Source of the DNA: a phage
Sequence record: PZ386967.1
Length of the DNA stretch: 64,000 nt
Reading direction: 5' to 3' (one strand)
Shown here: in pieces, positions 9,398-18,707 of the stretch
Numbering within the stretch: the first letter of the stretch is position 1
How the letters are laid out: every line of letters begins with the position of its first letter
The notes under the pieces: model-generated
What the model was told of the DNA's origin: nothing
The model's database searches: none
What the model saw: the letters and a program-made list of their open reading frames with translations, nothing else
Made by a program: the position numbers and the translations under genes

Positions 9398-9703
9398 ATG
9401 GAAATCGAAGAAGTTGCAACGTTCGCTGATTTCCTGGCTTCCCGCATGGATGAGCAGAAAGTCATTGACAAGGTGAACGCAAAAGGCAAACGCCGTCGCC
9501 GTCTGCAGTGTGCTCCTGGTTTCAAACTGTCTGCGGATGGTTCCCGTTGTGAGGTGATGGTCGCCAGTGAGCGCCGTACTCGCAAGCTGGGCAACCGCAA
9601 GGCGATCCGAGCCAAGAAACGCATGGGTATGGGATACCAGCGCAAAATCGAGCGTCGTAAGAAAAAAGCAATGAAGTTCCGTCGTATGATGGGGCTGAGT
9701 TAA
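9398..9703 (+). CDS. gp68: Prohead core protein (gp68-like), highly basic C-terminus
   Basis: Position between gp67 and gp21; KR-rich C-terminus. Confidence 0.45.
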   Translation: MEIEEVATFADFLASRMDEQKVIDKVNAKGKRRRRLQCAPGFKLSADGSRCEVMVASERRTRKLGNRKAIRAKKRMGMGYQRKIERRKKKAMKFRRMMGLS

Positions 9704-9710
9704 GGAGCGA

Positions 9711-10379
9711 ATGATGAAACTGTTGCGTGAGATCACTGCGATAGGGAAAGACCTTCAGATTGGTGAAGCGGCCACGGCTACTGGCGGCAAAGCCATGTAC
9801 ATCGAAGGTCCATTCGTGATGTGTAACCAGGTGAACCGTAATGGTCGCAACTACGATCTCCAAAAGGTGGGTATCCCTGCTGTCGAAGCATACGACAAAG
9901 AGTATATCCAGGATCGTCGTGCAATCGGTGAACTCAAGCATCCGGATTATCCTTTCCCCGATATCGAACACGCTGCACTCAAAACCGAATCTTTGCGCTG
10001 GGAAGGCACCAACGCTATCGGTCGAGCGCGGATCCTGAATACACCGAAAGGTCAGATCATTCGTGCTCTGGCTGAAGCAGACTTCAACCTGGCCGTGTCT
10101 ACACGTGGCCTTGGTGAGACCAAGTCAGTGAACGGCTATGATGACGTTCAACCCGGCTTTATGCTCACTGCTGTTGATGCAGTCGACCGTCCTTCTGGAC
10201 AAGTTTGTTATGTAAAGGCTGTGAGCGAATCTGTGGAATGGCAGCTTGATGAATCTTCAGGAATCTGGGTTCCTAAGGACATTAAGGGGCATGTGGTCGA
10301 TTCATTGGTGAAAACCAATATTCAGTTAGAAGACGACTTCCTGCGCCGCCTCGATATCGCATTGAAACATCTGGGCTGA
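9711..10379 (+). CDS. gp21: Prohead core scaffold/protease (gp21-like)
   Basis: AIGELKHPDYP...GRARIL...VSTRGLGE...LTAVDAV aligns with T4 gp21 ALGELNHPPR...GRARVI...VSSRGLGS...LTVGVDAV. Confidence 0.85.
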   Translation: MMKLLREITAIGKDLQIGEAATATGGKAMYIEGPFVMCNQVNRNGRNYDLQKVGIPAVEAYDKEYIQDRRAIGELKHPDYPFPDIEHAALKTESLRWEGTNAIGRARILNTPKGQIIRALAEADFNLAVSTRGLGETKSVNGYDDVQPGFMLTAVDAVDRPSGQVCYVKAVSESVEWQLDESSGIWVPKDIKGHVVDSLVKTNIQLEDDFLRRLDIALKHLG

Positions 10380-10424
10380 ATTCAGCCTCACTAAATACTG
10401 AAAATCGTTCAGAAGGAAACAATC

Positions 10425-11276
10425 ATGAAACCTGAATTGCAAAAACTGTTTGAGGGCGTTAACGGCCTCAGCACCGACTTCCTGGATAAAGTGTCTGGTC
10501 TGCTGGAATCTAAAGTAGAAGCCGCTCGCCTGACCGCTATTCAAGAAACCGAAAACGCTGCCAATATTGAGCGCCTGCGTCTGGTTGAAGCTCATCAGGC
10601 TGAGATTGCTCAGCTGAAAGAGTCTCACTTGATGGAAATTGCGACCAAAGTCGATGGCTTCCTGAACGCGGTTGTAGAAGAGTGGGCTAACAAGAACGCT
10701 CCTGCCATCGACGCTCAGATCAAACGTGAAGCGGCTGAAAATCTGCTGGCTGGCCTGACTGGTGTTCTGAAAGAAGCTGGTATCAACTTTGCCACCGACG
10801 AAAACGGCCAGATCGCTGCGCTGACTGCCCGCCTGACCGAAGCAGAACGACGTGCTGCGATTGCCGAAAGCGAAAACCGTCAAATCAAAGAAGCCGCGAA
10901 TGCGACTCTGCGTGACTCTGTGATCGCCCGTATCTGTGAAGGTATGGTCGACACCAAGAAAGCAACGGTTGTCAATCTGCTGGAAGCTGTGCAGTTCACC
11001 ACCGAAAGCGAATTCGCTTCCCGCGTACACACCTTCCGCAACCTGGTAGAAGGTAAGTCCGTGAAGAAAGAAGGCGATGACGATGACGATGACTTCCAAG
11101 ACAAAGTCGGCGGAAAAGACGGCGATGACGACAACAAAGATGTTAAAGCCGAAGGCAAAAAGCCTAAGAAAGAAGGCGATGAAGATGACGATGAAGATGA
11201 AACAGACAAAGAGCTGAAAGAATCTATCAAGCGTCAGTTGGCCGACTATAATCGTCGCTTCGGCATCAACGGCTAA
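10425..11276 (+). CDS. gp22: Prohead scaffolding protein (gp22-like), coiled-coil with acidic C-terminus
   Basis: Position between gp21 and gp23; alpha-helical Ala/Glu-rich sequence with poly-Asp/Glu tail. Confidence 0.7.
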   Translation: MKPELQKLFEGVNGLSTDFLDKVSGLLESKVEAARLTAIQETENAANIERLRLVEAHQAEIAQLKESHLMEIATKVDGFLNAVVEEWANKNAPAIDAQIKREAAENLLAGLTGVLKEAGINFATDENGQIAALTARLTEAERRAAIAESENRQIKEAANATLRDSVIARICEGMVDTKKATVVNLLEAVQFTTESEFASRVHTFRNLVEGKSVKKEGDDDDDDFQDKVGGKDGDDDNKDVKAEGKKPKKEGDEDDDEDETDKELKESIKRQLADYNRRFGING

Positions 11277-11358
11277 TTTTAGCAGCCACAGCCCTCGAAA
11301 GGGGGCTTGATTTTGAACTACTAAGTAATTTCAACTTAACTGAATATCAATGTAAGGA

Positions 11359-12693
11359 ATGACCATCATGGCTAAGAAACTTGTTACCGAACAAATGCGC
11401 GAGCAGTGGCTGCCAGTTCTTCAGAAAGAATCTGAAAGCATCCAGCCGCTTTCTGCCGAAAACGTTGCCGTCCGTCTGCTGCAAAACCAGGCTGAGTGGA
11501 ACGCCAAAAACCTGGGCGAATCCGACGCTCCTGGCTCCGTGAACGCCTCTGTGGGCAAATGGCAGCCAGTCCTGATCGACATGGCCAAACGTCTGGCTCC
11601 GGTCAACATCGCGATGGACTTCTTCGGCGTTCAGCCGCTGTCTGGTCCTGACGGTCAGATCTTTGCTCTGCGTGCTCGCCAGGGCATTTCAGACGGCGGA
11701 TCCAACACCCAACATTCCCGTAAAGAACTGTTCATGCAGGAAGCTGATTCTGGCTACTCTGGTGACGACACTGCTCAGGCTGGCGACCCATCTGGCTTTA
11801 CCCAGACTGAGATCGAAGGTTCCGGCGCTGCCACCACCACCATCGGTAAAGGCATGTCAACTTCCGACGCTGAACTGCTGGGCACCACCACTAACCCATG
11901 GGCACGTGTTGGTATCACCGTTCAGAAAGCAACCGTGACTGCGAAGTCTCGCGGCCTGTACGCTGACTACAGCCATGAACTGCGCCAGGACATGATGGCG
12001 ATCCACGGCGAAGACGTTGACAGCATCCTGTCCGACGTGATGGTAACTGAAATTCAGGCAGAGATGAACCGTGAGTTTATCCGCACCATGAACTTCAGCG
12101 CAGTACGCTTCAAAAAATTCGGCACCAACGGTATCGTAGATATCTCCACTGACATCTCCGGTCGTTGGGCGCTGGAAAAATGGAAGTACATGACTTTCAT
12201 GCTGGAAGTCGAAGCGAACGGCATCGGTGTTGACACCCGTCGTGGTAAAGGCAACCGTGTTCTGTGCTCCCCGAACGTAGCATCCGCTCTGGCGATGTCC
12301 GGCATGCTGGATTATGCTCCGGCGCTGCAGGAAAACACCAAGCTGGCGATTGATCCGACTGGCCAGACCTTCGCTGGTGTGCTGTCTAATGGTATGCGTG
12401 TCTACATCGACCCGTATGCAGTAGCAGAGTACATCACCCTGGCATACAAAGGCGCAACCGCGCTGGATGCTGGTATCTTCTTCGCCCCATACGTTCCGCT
12501 GGAGATGTACCGCACCCAGGGTGAAACCACCTTCGCACCGCGTATGGCGTTCAAGACCCGCTACGGGATTTGTGCTAACCCATTCGTTCAGATCCCAGCG
12601 AACCAGGATCCACAGGTCTATGTGACTGCGGATGGTATCGCCAAGGACACCAACGTGTATTTCCGCAAAGGGTTAATTAAGGGACTTTTCTAA
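11359..12693 (+). CDS. gp23: Major capsid protein (gp23-like)
   Basis: MDFFGVQPLSGPDGQIFALRA matches T4 gp23 FDICGVQPMNSPTGQVFALRA; the likely start is ATG 11368 (RBS AAGGA). Confidence 0.9.
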   Translation: MTIMAKKLVTEQMREQWLPVLQKESESIQPLSAENVAVRLLQNQAEWNAKNLGESDAPGSVNASVGKWQPVLIDMAKRLAPVNIAMDFFGVQPLSGPDGQIFALRARQGISDGGSNTQHSRKELFMQEADSGYSGDDTAQAGDPSGFTQTEIEGSGAATTTIGKGMSTSDAELLGTTTNPWARVGITVQKATVTAKSRGLYADYSHELRQDMMAIHGEDVDSILSDVMVTEIQAEMNREFIRTMNFSAVRFKKFGTNGIVDISTDISGRWALEKWKYMTFMLEVEANGIGVDTRRGKGNRVLCSPNVASALAMSGMLDYAPALQENTKLAIDPTGQTFAGVLSNGMRVYIDPYAVAEYITLAYKGATALDAGIFFAPYVPLEMYRTQGETTFAPRMAFKTRYGICANPFVQIPANQDPQVYVTADGIAKDTNVYFRKGLIKGLF

Positions 12694-12720
12694 TCGAATA
12701 GTTGTCCTTAACCCTGACAA

Positions 12721-12748
12721 ACCCCGCTTCGGCGGGGTTTTTCATTTT
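12721..12748 (+). terminator. Rho-independent terminator after gp23
   Basis: ACCCCGC-TTCG-GCGGGGT followed by TTTTTCATTTT. Confidence 0.75.
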
Positions 12749-12794
12749 GGGGATTCGTTATATGATGTGCCAAACTTAACCGGAGATAACGTGT

Positions 12795-12995
12795 ATGAGC
12801 CTGAAAGAAGATTCTGTAAACACCACAGTCGCCAACTCCACTTTCCGTGAGTGGCACGACGTATTGTGCAAAGTCGCGAAAAGCCAGGGCGGTTCAGCCG
12901 CCGACGCCGACGCCTGGCGTGATGATTACGAAGCAGGCAAGACCCCTCGCCAGTCTTGGGAAGATGAATGGGGTTGGGAAGAACAAGAAGGATAA
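12795..12995 (+). CDS. Hypothetical small acidic protein (66 aa)
   Basis: ORF with RBS GGAGA 8 nt upstream. Confidence 0.4.
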   Translation: MSLKEDSVNTTVANSTFREWHDVLCKVAKSQGGSAADADAWRDDYEAGKTPRQSWEDEWGWEEQEG

Positions 12996-13025
12996 CAGTT
13001 TTCAATAACGGGGCGAGAGGTATTA

Positions 13026-13280
13026 TTGCCCCGTCTACTATCCGAGGGTTGTGCCATGTACCTGAAAAAGACTGTGAAGAAGCCGAAAGGCGAAGTGATC
13101 GAAGTGTGCCTTATTGAGGCTTATGTTGACTCCTGGAACAATGAGCAGCGCTACTTCATGGTCAACACATTGGTGTATGTGCCAGCCTCTCACCTGAACC
13201 GTGATTTCATCACAACCGAGAACATCGTCCGCTGGGAGATTGCAACGCAGTCCGATATCGACAAACACATCATTCTTTGA
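13026..13280 (+). CDS. Hypothetical protein (84 aa)
   Basis: ORF in the early-gene array; start uncertain. Confidence 0.35.
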   Translation: MPRLLSEGCAMYLKKTVKKPKGEVIEVCLIEAYVDSWNNEQRYFMVNTLVYVPASHLNRDFITTENIVRWEIATQSDIDKHIIL

Positions 13281-13297
13281 AAGGAAGGAACTATATC

Positions 13298-13741
13298 ATG
13301 TCAAAAGAGAAATACATTTTTATCAGTCCAGCCACGAAGGAGTTCTTCATCTCTGACGTGAAAGACCGTGTTGAGAAGTTCCGCTACATGCGCAGCTATG
13401 GTCTGGCGTCTGGTGAGATCGATTACCAGTCCCTGGATAATGATCGCCAGGATCTGATTGATGACGGCTGGCGTTTGGTCCCATCCCCTCAGTATATCCA
13501 TATCAAGCTGTACTACATGAAGGACAGCGGGAAGTATTATTCTGAAGGTGAACTCGTCCTCAATCGTGGAGAGGCTGAAGCTGAACCTGCTAAGTCCTGG
13601 ATGGACACTATGGATAAAATCCGCTATCTTCTCGACTCAGGCAATTTGCCCGGTTTGGTTAAAGGTGCCCGGTACGAGGTCTTCGTGACCGGAGAAGGGC
13701 ATCCAGGTGGTTATCCACAACTGTTCCGCATTAACAACTGA
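13298..13741 (+). CDS. Hypothetical protein (147 aa)
   Basis: ATG in conserved GGAACTATATCATG context. Confidence 0.5.
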   Translation: MSKEKYIFISPATKEFFISDVKDRVEKFRYMRSYGLASGEIDYQSLDNDRQDLIDDGWRLVPSPQYIHIKLYYMKDSGKYYSEGELVLNRGEAEAEPAKSWMDTMDKIRYLLDSGNLPGLVKGARYEVFVTGEGHPGGYPQLFRINN

Positions 13742-13749
13742 GGTCAAAC

Positions 13750-13986
13750 ATGATTATCAAAAAGATCGGCGCAAGTCCTCTCACTGGTACTATATTCCAG
13801 GGCAGGTTGAACACCAAAACCAGCATGTGGGTTGGTGAGAAGACCGACGTGACAGATGACTGCGTGGCAGCTGTAGCTGAACACTTGCGACACATCAAGA
13901 AAGACTATTGCTTCCCAACGACGGATGGTAAGTTTCTGGTGCTGAGCGCCGAGGTTCACGACACCCTTCCCGACCGCTTCAAATAA
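13750..13986 (+). CDS. Hypothetical protein (78 aa)
   Basis: ORF immediately after the preceding gene with RBS-like GAGG. Confidence 0.4.
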   Translation: MIIKKIGASPLTGTIFQGRLNTKTSMWVGEKTDVTDDCVAAVAEHLRHIKKDYCFPTTDGKFLVLSAEVHDTLPDRFK

Positions 13987-14006
13987 ATTTTAAATTTATT
14001 CAATAT

Positions 14007-14040
14007 ACGGGGTTTAATTCTTCAATAAACCCCGTATACT
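14007..14040 (+). promoter_or_regulatory. Hairpin plus T4-type early promoter (-35 TTTAAT, -10 TATACT)
   Basis: 10-bp perfect stem ACGGGGTTTA/TAAACCCCGT encloses the TTCTTCAATAA box; -10 TATACT at 14035-14040; conserved leader follows. Confidence 0.5.
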
Positions 14041-14089
14041 TCATTCCATAAGCAGCACAACATTGACTCTGAAATGAAGGAAATATATC

Positions 14090-14419
14090 ATGACTTTTAA
14101 AGGCTTTGTAGCATTCGACGCAACCAAAACCAACGTGCTGAGCAACCCGCAGCTGGAAACCATCTCTGAAATGCGCCAGTGGGTGATGGGGATCACTGGC
14201 CATCAAACCCGAAAGGATCTTGAAGCGGAGTTCTATATCGAACCTGCTGAAGTCTTCTTCAATCGCCCTGAAGATGAACCGTTCATCCGTCAAGACTTGG
14301 ATGACAATGATATCACTCTCGCGATCTTCTCTGAAGCAAAAGCGGCTATGATCGTGGACGGCCTGTGTGATGAGTCCTTCACATACGATGAATACTGCGA
14401 TCAGTGTCAGGATCTGTGA
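14090..14419 (+). CDS. Hypothetical acidic protein (109 aa)
   Basis: ATG in conserved start context after the early promoter cassette. Confidence 0.5.
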   Translation: MTFKGFVAFDATKTNVLSNPQLETISEMRQWVMGITGHQTRKDLEAEFYIEPAEVFFNRPEDEPFIRQDLDDNDITLAIFSEAKAAMIVDGLCDESFTYDEYCDQCQDL

Positions 14420-14488
14420 TTTGTTCTAAACCTTTGAACAGGGTATGTTAACCGCATACCCTATCCCCTACAAATAGAGGACTTTACC

Positions 14489-14833
14489 ATGGCAGCAGAC
14501 ACCAAACTGAACAAATCCGTGGAGATCCCCCACATCGTCAAATTCGAAAAGCCGAGTGAGCGCAAGCCACGCAAAACGCGCCGCCTGACCACCAAACTGG
14601 ATATTCTGAAACAGAAGTTCGGCGACCACAGCGTGTTCACTCGCATTCGCAATGCAATAAAGGAAGGGCGAACTGAGCTGGAGCTATATCGACCGAACGG
14701 TTCGACACGCGCGTATCAGACCACTGACGGCTTACTGGAACTGATCCGCCTGAGCGGGATGACGATCGAACCTCGTTCGTCAGGCACTCCTCTGTGCTCC
14801 CTGTACGTAATCGGCAATCTTGGGGCGCTGTGA
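14489..14833 (+). CDS. Hypothetical basic protein (114 aa)
   Basis: RBS GAGGA upstream of ATG. Confidence 0.45.
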   Translation: MAADTKLNKSVEIPHIVKFEKPSERKPRKTRRLTTKLDILKQKFGDHSVFTRIRNAIKEGRTELELYRPNGSTRAYQTTDGLLELIRLSGMTIEPRSSGTPLCSLYVIGNLGAL

Positions 14834-14838
14834 GTTCT

Positions 14839-15261
14839 ATGAAGAAGTATATCGTTCTCATTACGGGTTCCCGCTCAATCACCGAGCGGGATAAGGTATT
14901 CGCCAAGCTGGACGAACTCCTCGATCCTCATGAAGTCTATACGTTGATCGAGGGTGAGGCCACGGGTGTCGACACGATTTGCCGTGATTGGGCTGAAATC
15001 AATTATGTTCATATCACCCCCATGCCGATCCCTCCGAGCTATTATGAAAAGTATGGGAACGGGATGGGTAACAAACGCAATCAGGACATGTTAGACAAGG
15101 CATTGGATCTCGTCAGGCAGACCAAGCTGGAAGTGTATCCGATTGCGATGTGGGATGGTTCGTCCACTGGCACCCTGGACATGATCAACCGTTGCAAGAA
15201 AGCTGGCCTCCCTGTGGATATCACTCTAATGGGTAAGCCGAAGACCAAGCGCCTTTTGTAA
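14839..15261 (+). CDS. SLOG/DprA-like Rossmann-fold protein (DUF2493-like)
   Basis: ITGSRSI...GEATGVDTICRDWA...IAMWDGSSTGT pattern resembles the phage SLOG family; recalled from memory. Confidence 0.4.
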   Translation: MKKYIVLITGSRSITERDKVFAKLDELLDPHEVYTLIEGEATGVDTICRDWAEINYVHITPMPIPPSYYEKYGNGMGNKRNQDMLDKALDLVRQTKLEVYPIAMWDGSSTGTLDMINRCKKAGLPVDITLMGKPKTKRLL

Positions 15262-15302
15262 CATATCATAAATAATTTGAGTACACACAGCGGAGATACA
15301 TC

Positions 15303-15473
15303 ATGTTTGTCGTCATCAATCTGTTCTGCTATATCTTCACGGCGTACTTCTTGGGCGCGGTATGGATCGAGACCTACAATGACCTGAAGGATGGGGAATA
15401 CGCCAACCGAATGGTTTATGTCAAGAAGTTTGTTCGTAAGTTCTGGTCCAACTTCGTTTACAAACTACCATGA
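15303..15473 (+). CDS. Small hydrophobic protein (56 aa)
   Basis: MFVVINLFCYIFTAYFLGAVWI transmembrane-like; stop overlaps the next ATG (ATGA). Confidence 0.3.
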   Translation: MFVVINLFCYIFTAYFLGAVWIETYNDLKDGEYANRMVYVKKFVRKFWSNFVYKLP

Positions 15474-16240
15474 TCCCTAAATACCCCCATCATCCATGGG
15501 GGTATTTTCTTATGAACGCACAGATCTATGACGCCCTATCGCAGGGCAACGCCTTTACCAATCCTCTCCCGTCCCTCAGCAGCGCCTCACAGGGGTTAAT
15601 CACCAGTGGTAAGGCGACTACAGCGTCACTGGCTAACACCGGAAATACGCAGATTCAGGAAGCGCTGACGGCAGGTGGGTTGACTACAGCCAAACTCAAC
15701 GAATCTACGGCGATGTTCGACTCAGCAAACACCAGCATCACCACGCTGATCAACTATGGCGACCAGTCAGTGAACGAGGCATATTCCCGCATCGGTACAT
15801 CTGTGTCGTATAAGTCCGCCCTGAAGTCTATAGGTCGAGAACCGAACAACTGTGATCTGATCAATAATGCATTTGGGGTTATTCAGAACCTCGGCAAACA
15901 GTGGATCAATACCATGCAAAGTGTTCTCACAACTATCACAAACAAGATGAATGAGTTGGCTGAATTGGTAGCTCAGGGTGTCAGTGCTGGTCTTGATGCT
16001 ATTCGGGCACTGGCTGCTGAAGTTACTCAGGCCATCGACACTGCTGTCGCATCAGTAGCCTCTATTGCTCAGGACATCACGAACGGTATTGCAGCAGAGT
16101 TAGCCCATATCCAAGACATGGTTGGTAAGTGTCTTAACTTCTCTTTTGCCAACGTGATCTCAGAGTGGGCGAAAGATATCTGCGCCGGAGGTGTCATCAA
16201 CAGCATTGGTTCCGATAATCTGAAGAACGCACTGAAGTAA
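15470..16240 (+). CDS. Hypothetical protein (256 aa), Ser/Thr/Ala-rich; function unknown
   Basis: Long ORF, start coupled to the preceding small ORF. Confidence 0.45.
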   Translation: MIPKYPHHPWGYFLMNAQIYDALSQGNAFTNPLPSLSSASQGLITSGKATTASLANTGNTQIQEALTAGGLTTAKLNESTAMFDSANTSITTLINYGDQSVNEAYSRIGTSVSYKSALKSIGREPNNCDLINNAFGVIQNLGKQWINTMQSVLTTITNKMNELAELVAQGVSAGLDAIRALAAEVTQAIDTAVASVASIAQDITNGIAAELAHIQDMVGKCLNFSFANVISEWAKDICAGGVINSIGSDNLKNALK

Positions 16241-16648
16241 TCAGTGCTCCCGCGCCGGAAGAACTCCCACTGGTTCGATGCCATCCAACAGCAGGGAGTT
16301 CACACCCACATTACTCAGTCTGATCAAGATCGTTCCCCCTGGGTTAACTTCAAAGATACTCATCCCATTTCCAACCGCGTCGTTGTTAACGAACACACCC
16401 TGAGTTGCGATTCGTACTGGTTTATCTGAGTCATTCATGATCTTGAACGTCACGATTATATCCGATGTTGTACCCAGTCGTCCAACCATGCGTTGCTTCA
16501 GCTTGGCATAGAATGATGGATTAAAAGTGATAATGATGCTGTTGTTCTGAGAGTAATAAATACTGGCTGAAAGGTATGGAATCTTCCCTTCATCGCCACG
16601 CCGCAGGAGAGGAATTGTGGTCTTCCAGTATGGCTTGAGGGTGCTCAT
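16241..16648 (-). CDS. Hypothetical protein (~135 aa), convergent with upstream gene
   Basis: Protein-like C-terminal part of the 16241..17056 minus ORF; internal ATG at 16648 avoids overlap with the + gene at 16920. Confidence 0.3.
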   Translation of the reverse strand: MSTLKPYWKTTIPLLRRGDEGKIPYLSASIYYSQNNSIIITFNPSFYAKLKQRMVGRLGTTSDIIVTFKIMNDSDKPVRIATQGVFVNNDAVGNGMSIFEVNPGGTILIRLSNVGVNSLLLDGIEPVGVLPAREH

Positions 16649-16919
16649 GTTCTCATCAAAGCAACCTAAAGGTACGAGCTTCTGGAAGGGCTGGAACTCT
16701 TGCACGATGATGTCCAGCATACCCTTGTTACAAGTGGGAACGCTGGCCGACAACATCACAGGTACGGTGCGCACTTCCGGGGTCCAGAGTTCGGAAACAG
16801 AAATTATTGGCGTGACAAAGATACGACAGCTCGTAAACAAGAGCATCGAGCATGCCAACAACAATCTACTGATCCCGCGCATCAGGGTCACAAAATATCT
16901 CCACAGCAAAGGTGCTATT

Positions 16920-17420
16920 ATGTCCAACGTACAATTCAAGAACGAAAACCCTAATTTCGCGGCGTCCGATAAGTGGCGTCTGACTATCGGAGACCTTGTA
17001 CTCCTAACCCGTAACATCCACGACTTCAGTATACCAGGGGTGTACTCCGAAGGCATCGATGGTCCGTCGCCAGGAGACGTACTGGTTTCTATTCCTTCAG
17101 AACGTTTAACCTATGATCCCGTCGTATTTACTTTCGTTATAGACGAGGACTGGAAATCATGGTTACAGATCCACCAATGGATTACCAGCAACGTCGGCAA
17201 GGATTTGCCTGTCAGCAAGGACATTACCATTGAATTGCTGGATAACCTCAACCGACCGATTGGCCTCACTCTAGTGCTGGAGGAAGCCCGCCCGACTGCT
17301 TTGGACAACGTACTGGTGGACGTAGACGCGGCTGTACCTCAGCTGGTGACGACAGTGACCTTCAAGTTCCAACAACTGGTTCCACTATCTGGTGGGAAGG
17401 CGATTGATTCTAATCAGTGA
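16920..17420 (+). CDS. Hypothetical protein (166 aa)
   Basis: Internal ATG of track ORF 16617..17420 with RBS AAAGG 8 nt upstream. Confidence 0.4.
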   Translation: MSNVQFKNENPNFAASDKWRLTIGDLVLLTRNIHDFSIPGVYSEGIDGPSPGDVLVSIPSERLTYDPVVFTFVIDEDWKSWLQIHQWITSNVGKDLPVSKDITIELLDNLNRPIGLTLVLEEARPTALDNVLVDVDAAVPQLVTTVTFKFQQLVPLSGGKAIDSNQ

Positions 17421-17464
17421 AATGCGGTATAATTCTCTATGACATTGACAAGCTGGGATATTTT

Positions 17465-17917
17465 ATGAAAGAACAACTACAGACAATGGCTACCGAGGAC
17501 ATCATGAACGAACTGGAGCCACTGATCACAGTGGACCCAGAAGACATGAACCTTGACCAGATCTCGCTGAAAATCGGGCGCTCTTGGATGGCTGTACAGC
17601 GGCATTATCTGCGCGAGGGGCGTTATCTTGAATTCCTCAATGGGCGCTTCCGTCAGATAGATCTCTATTTGCGCCGCTACTATGCAGGGGAGTTACCCCC
17701 GAACATCTACGCAGAGCGCCCCCTGAAGGTTCGCCCCCTGAAGTCTGACCTGGATACATGGGTCAAAGCAGACGATGACTATGTGGAGTTGTCTGTTCTG
17801 TTACAAGAACAAAAAGCAAAAGTCAAGTTCATAGAGACTTGTTTGGATCGCCTGAACAAACTGGGATACGAAGTGAAAAATGCTATTGAATGGAGAAAGT
17901 ATCTCGATGGTGTATAA
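17465..17917 (+). CDS. uvsY: Recombination mediator UvsY-like
   Basis: YLRRYYAGE...LDTWVKADDDYVEL...IETCLDRLNKLGYEVKNAIEWRKYLDG parallels T4 UvsY LDYYSG...DTSLQYWGILLDFCSGALDAIKSRGFAIKHIQDMRAFEAG. Confidence 0.65.
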   Translation: MKEQLQTMATEDIMNELEPLITVDPEDMNLDQISLKIGRSWMAVQRHYLREGRYLEFLNGRFRQIDLYLRRYYAGELPPNIYAERPLKVRPLKSDLDTWVKADDDYVELSVLLQEQKAKVKFIETCLDRLNKLGYEVKNAIEWRKYLDGV

Positions 17918-17932
17918 CAAGGATCACACATA

Positions 17933-18679
17933 ATGGCATCTCTCCAGGATCTACGCAAGCTGAATGACTTCGAAAACCGCCATTACACATTCCAGCAGTA
18001 CGAACTTCCTTACAAGGAACTGGAGTGTGTGACGACGGAAAACGGTCGTCATTATGTATCGCCGACTGGCGTCAAGCTGACATCCGTCACGACTATGCTG
18101 GGGCGTACTGGTGATCATGAATGGCTTGAGGCTTGGAGGAAGAAGCTAGGTGCAGAGGCCGCCGACCTTGAGACCATGCGTTGCGCTGACCGAGGGGAGA
18201 AGCTGCACCTTGCATGCGAACTGTATTTGAAGAACCGCCCAATGAAAGAAGTGTTGGAAGCGGCTGGCGAATACATGTTCATGTTCAAGCAGCTGTTCCC
18301 CTATCTGAACAAGATGACAAAGATCTATGCTCAGGAGATCCCATTATACAGCGAGGTGCTTGGTCTTGCAGGTCGAGTGGACCTTATTGGGATTTATGAG
18401 GGTAAACCTGCTATCATCGACTTCAAGACATCGAACATTATGAAGACGCGGGGAATGATCGAGGACTACAGTATCCAGCTGTGCTTATATTCGGTCATGT
18501 TCCAGCAGATGTTCGGTGTCAAGATCACCCGCCTCATCAATGTGATCGCCAACGAGTCTTCCCCTCTACCAACCGTCATTGAGTTCAACCGTGATGACAT
18601 CCTGACAAAGATGTTTGAGCGTGTTCGTCTGTACCATCGCATGGATAAAGAACAGAACGGAGTCTGGCCAGATCACTAA
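17933..18679 (+). CDS. Putative PD-(D/E)XK-family nuclease
   Basis: GRVDLIGIYEGKPAIIDFKTS resembles the D...E-x-K core of RecB/Cas4-like nucleases; between uvsY and uvsW. Confidence 0.4.
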   Translation: MASLQDLRKLNDFENRHYTFQQYELPYKELECVTTENGRHYVSPTGVKLTSVTTMLGRTGDHEWLEAWRKKLGAEAADLETMRCADRGEKLHLACELYLKNRPMKEVLEAAGEYMFMFKQLFPYLNKMTKIYAQEIPLYSEVLGLAGRVDLIGIYEGKPAIIDFKTSNIMKTRGMIEDYSIQLCLYSVMFQQMFGVKITRLINVIANESSPLPTVIEFNRDDILTKMFERVRLYHRMDKEQNGVWPDH

Positions 18680-18707
18680 ATACCCCATAATTCTTGGGAG
18701 ATTTTGT

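Noticed and set aside
10326-11099. 257-aa minus-strand ORF across gp22 (similar ones at 8188..8898, 8914..9645 and 9200..9736)
   Set aside because: Antisense to the conserved head-module genes gp20-gp22; low-complexity translations.
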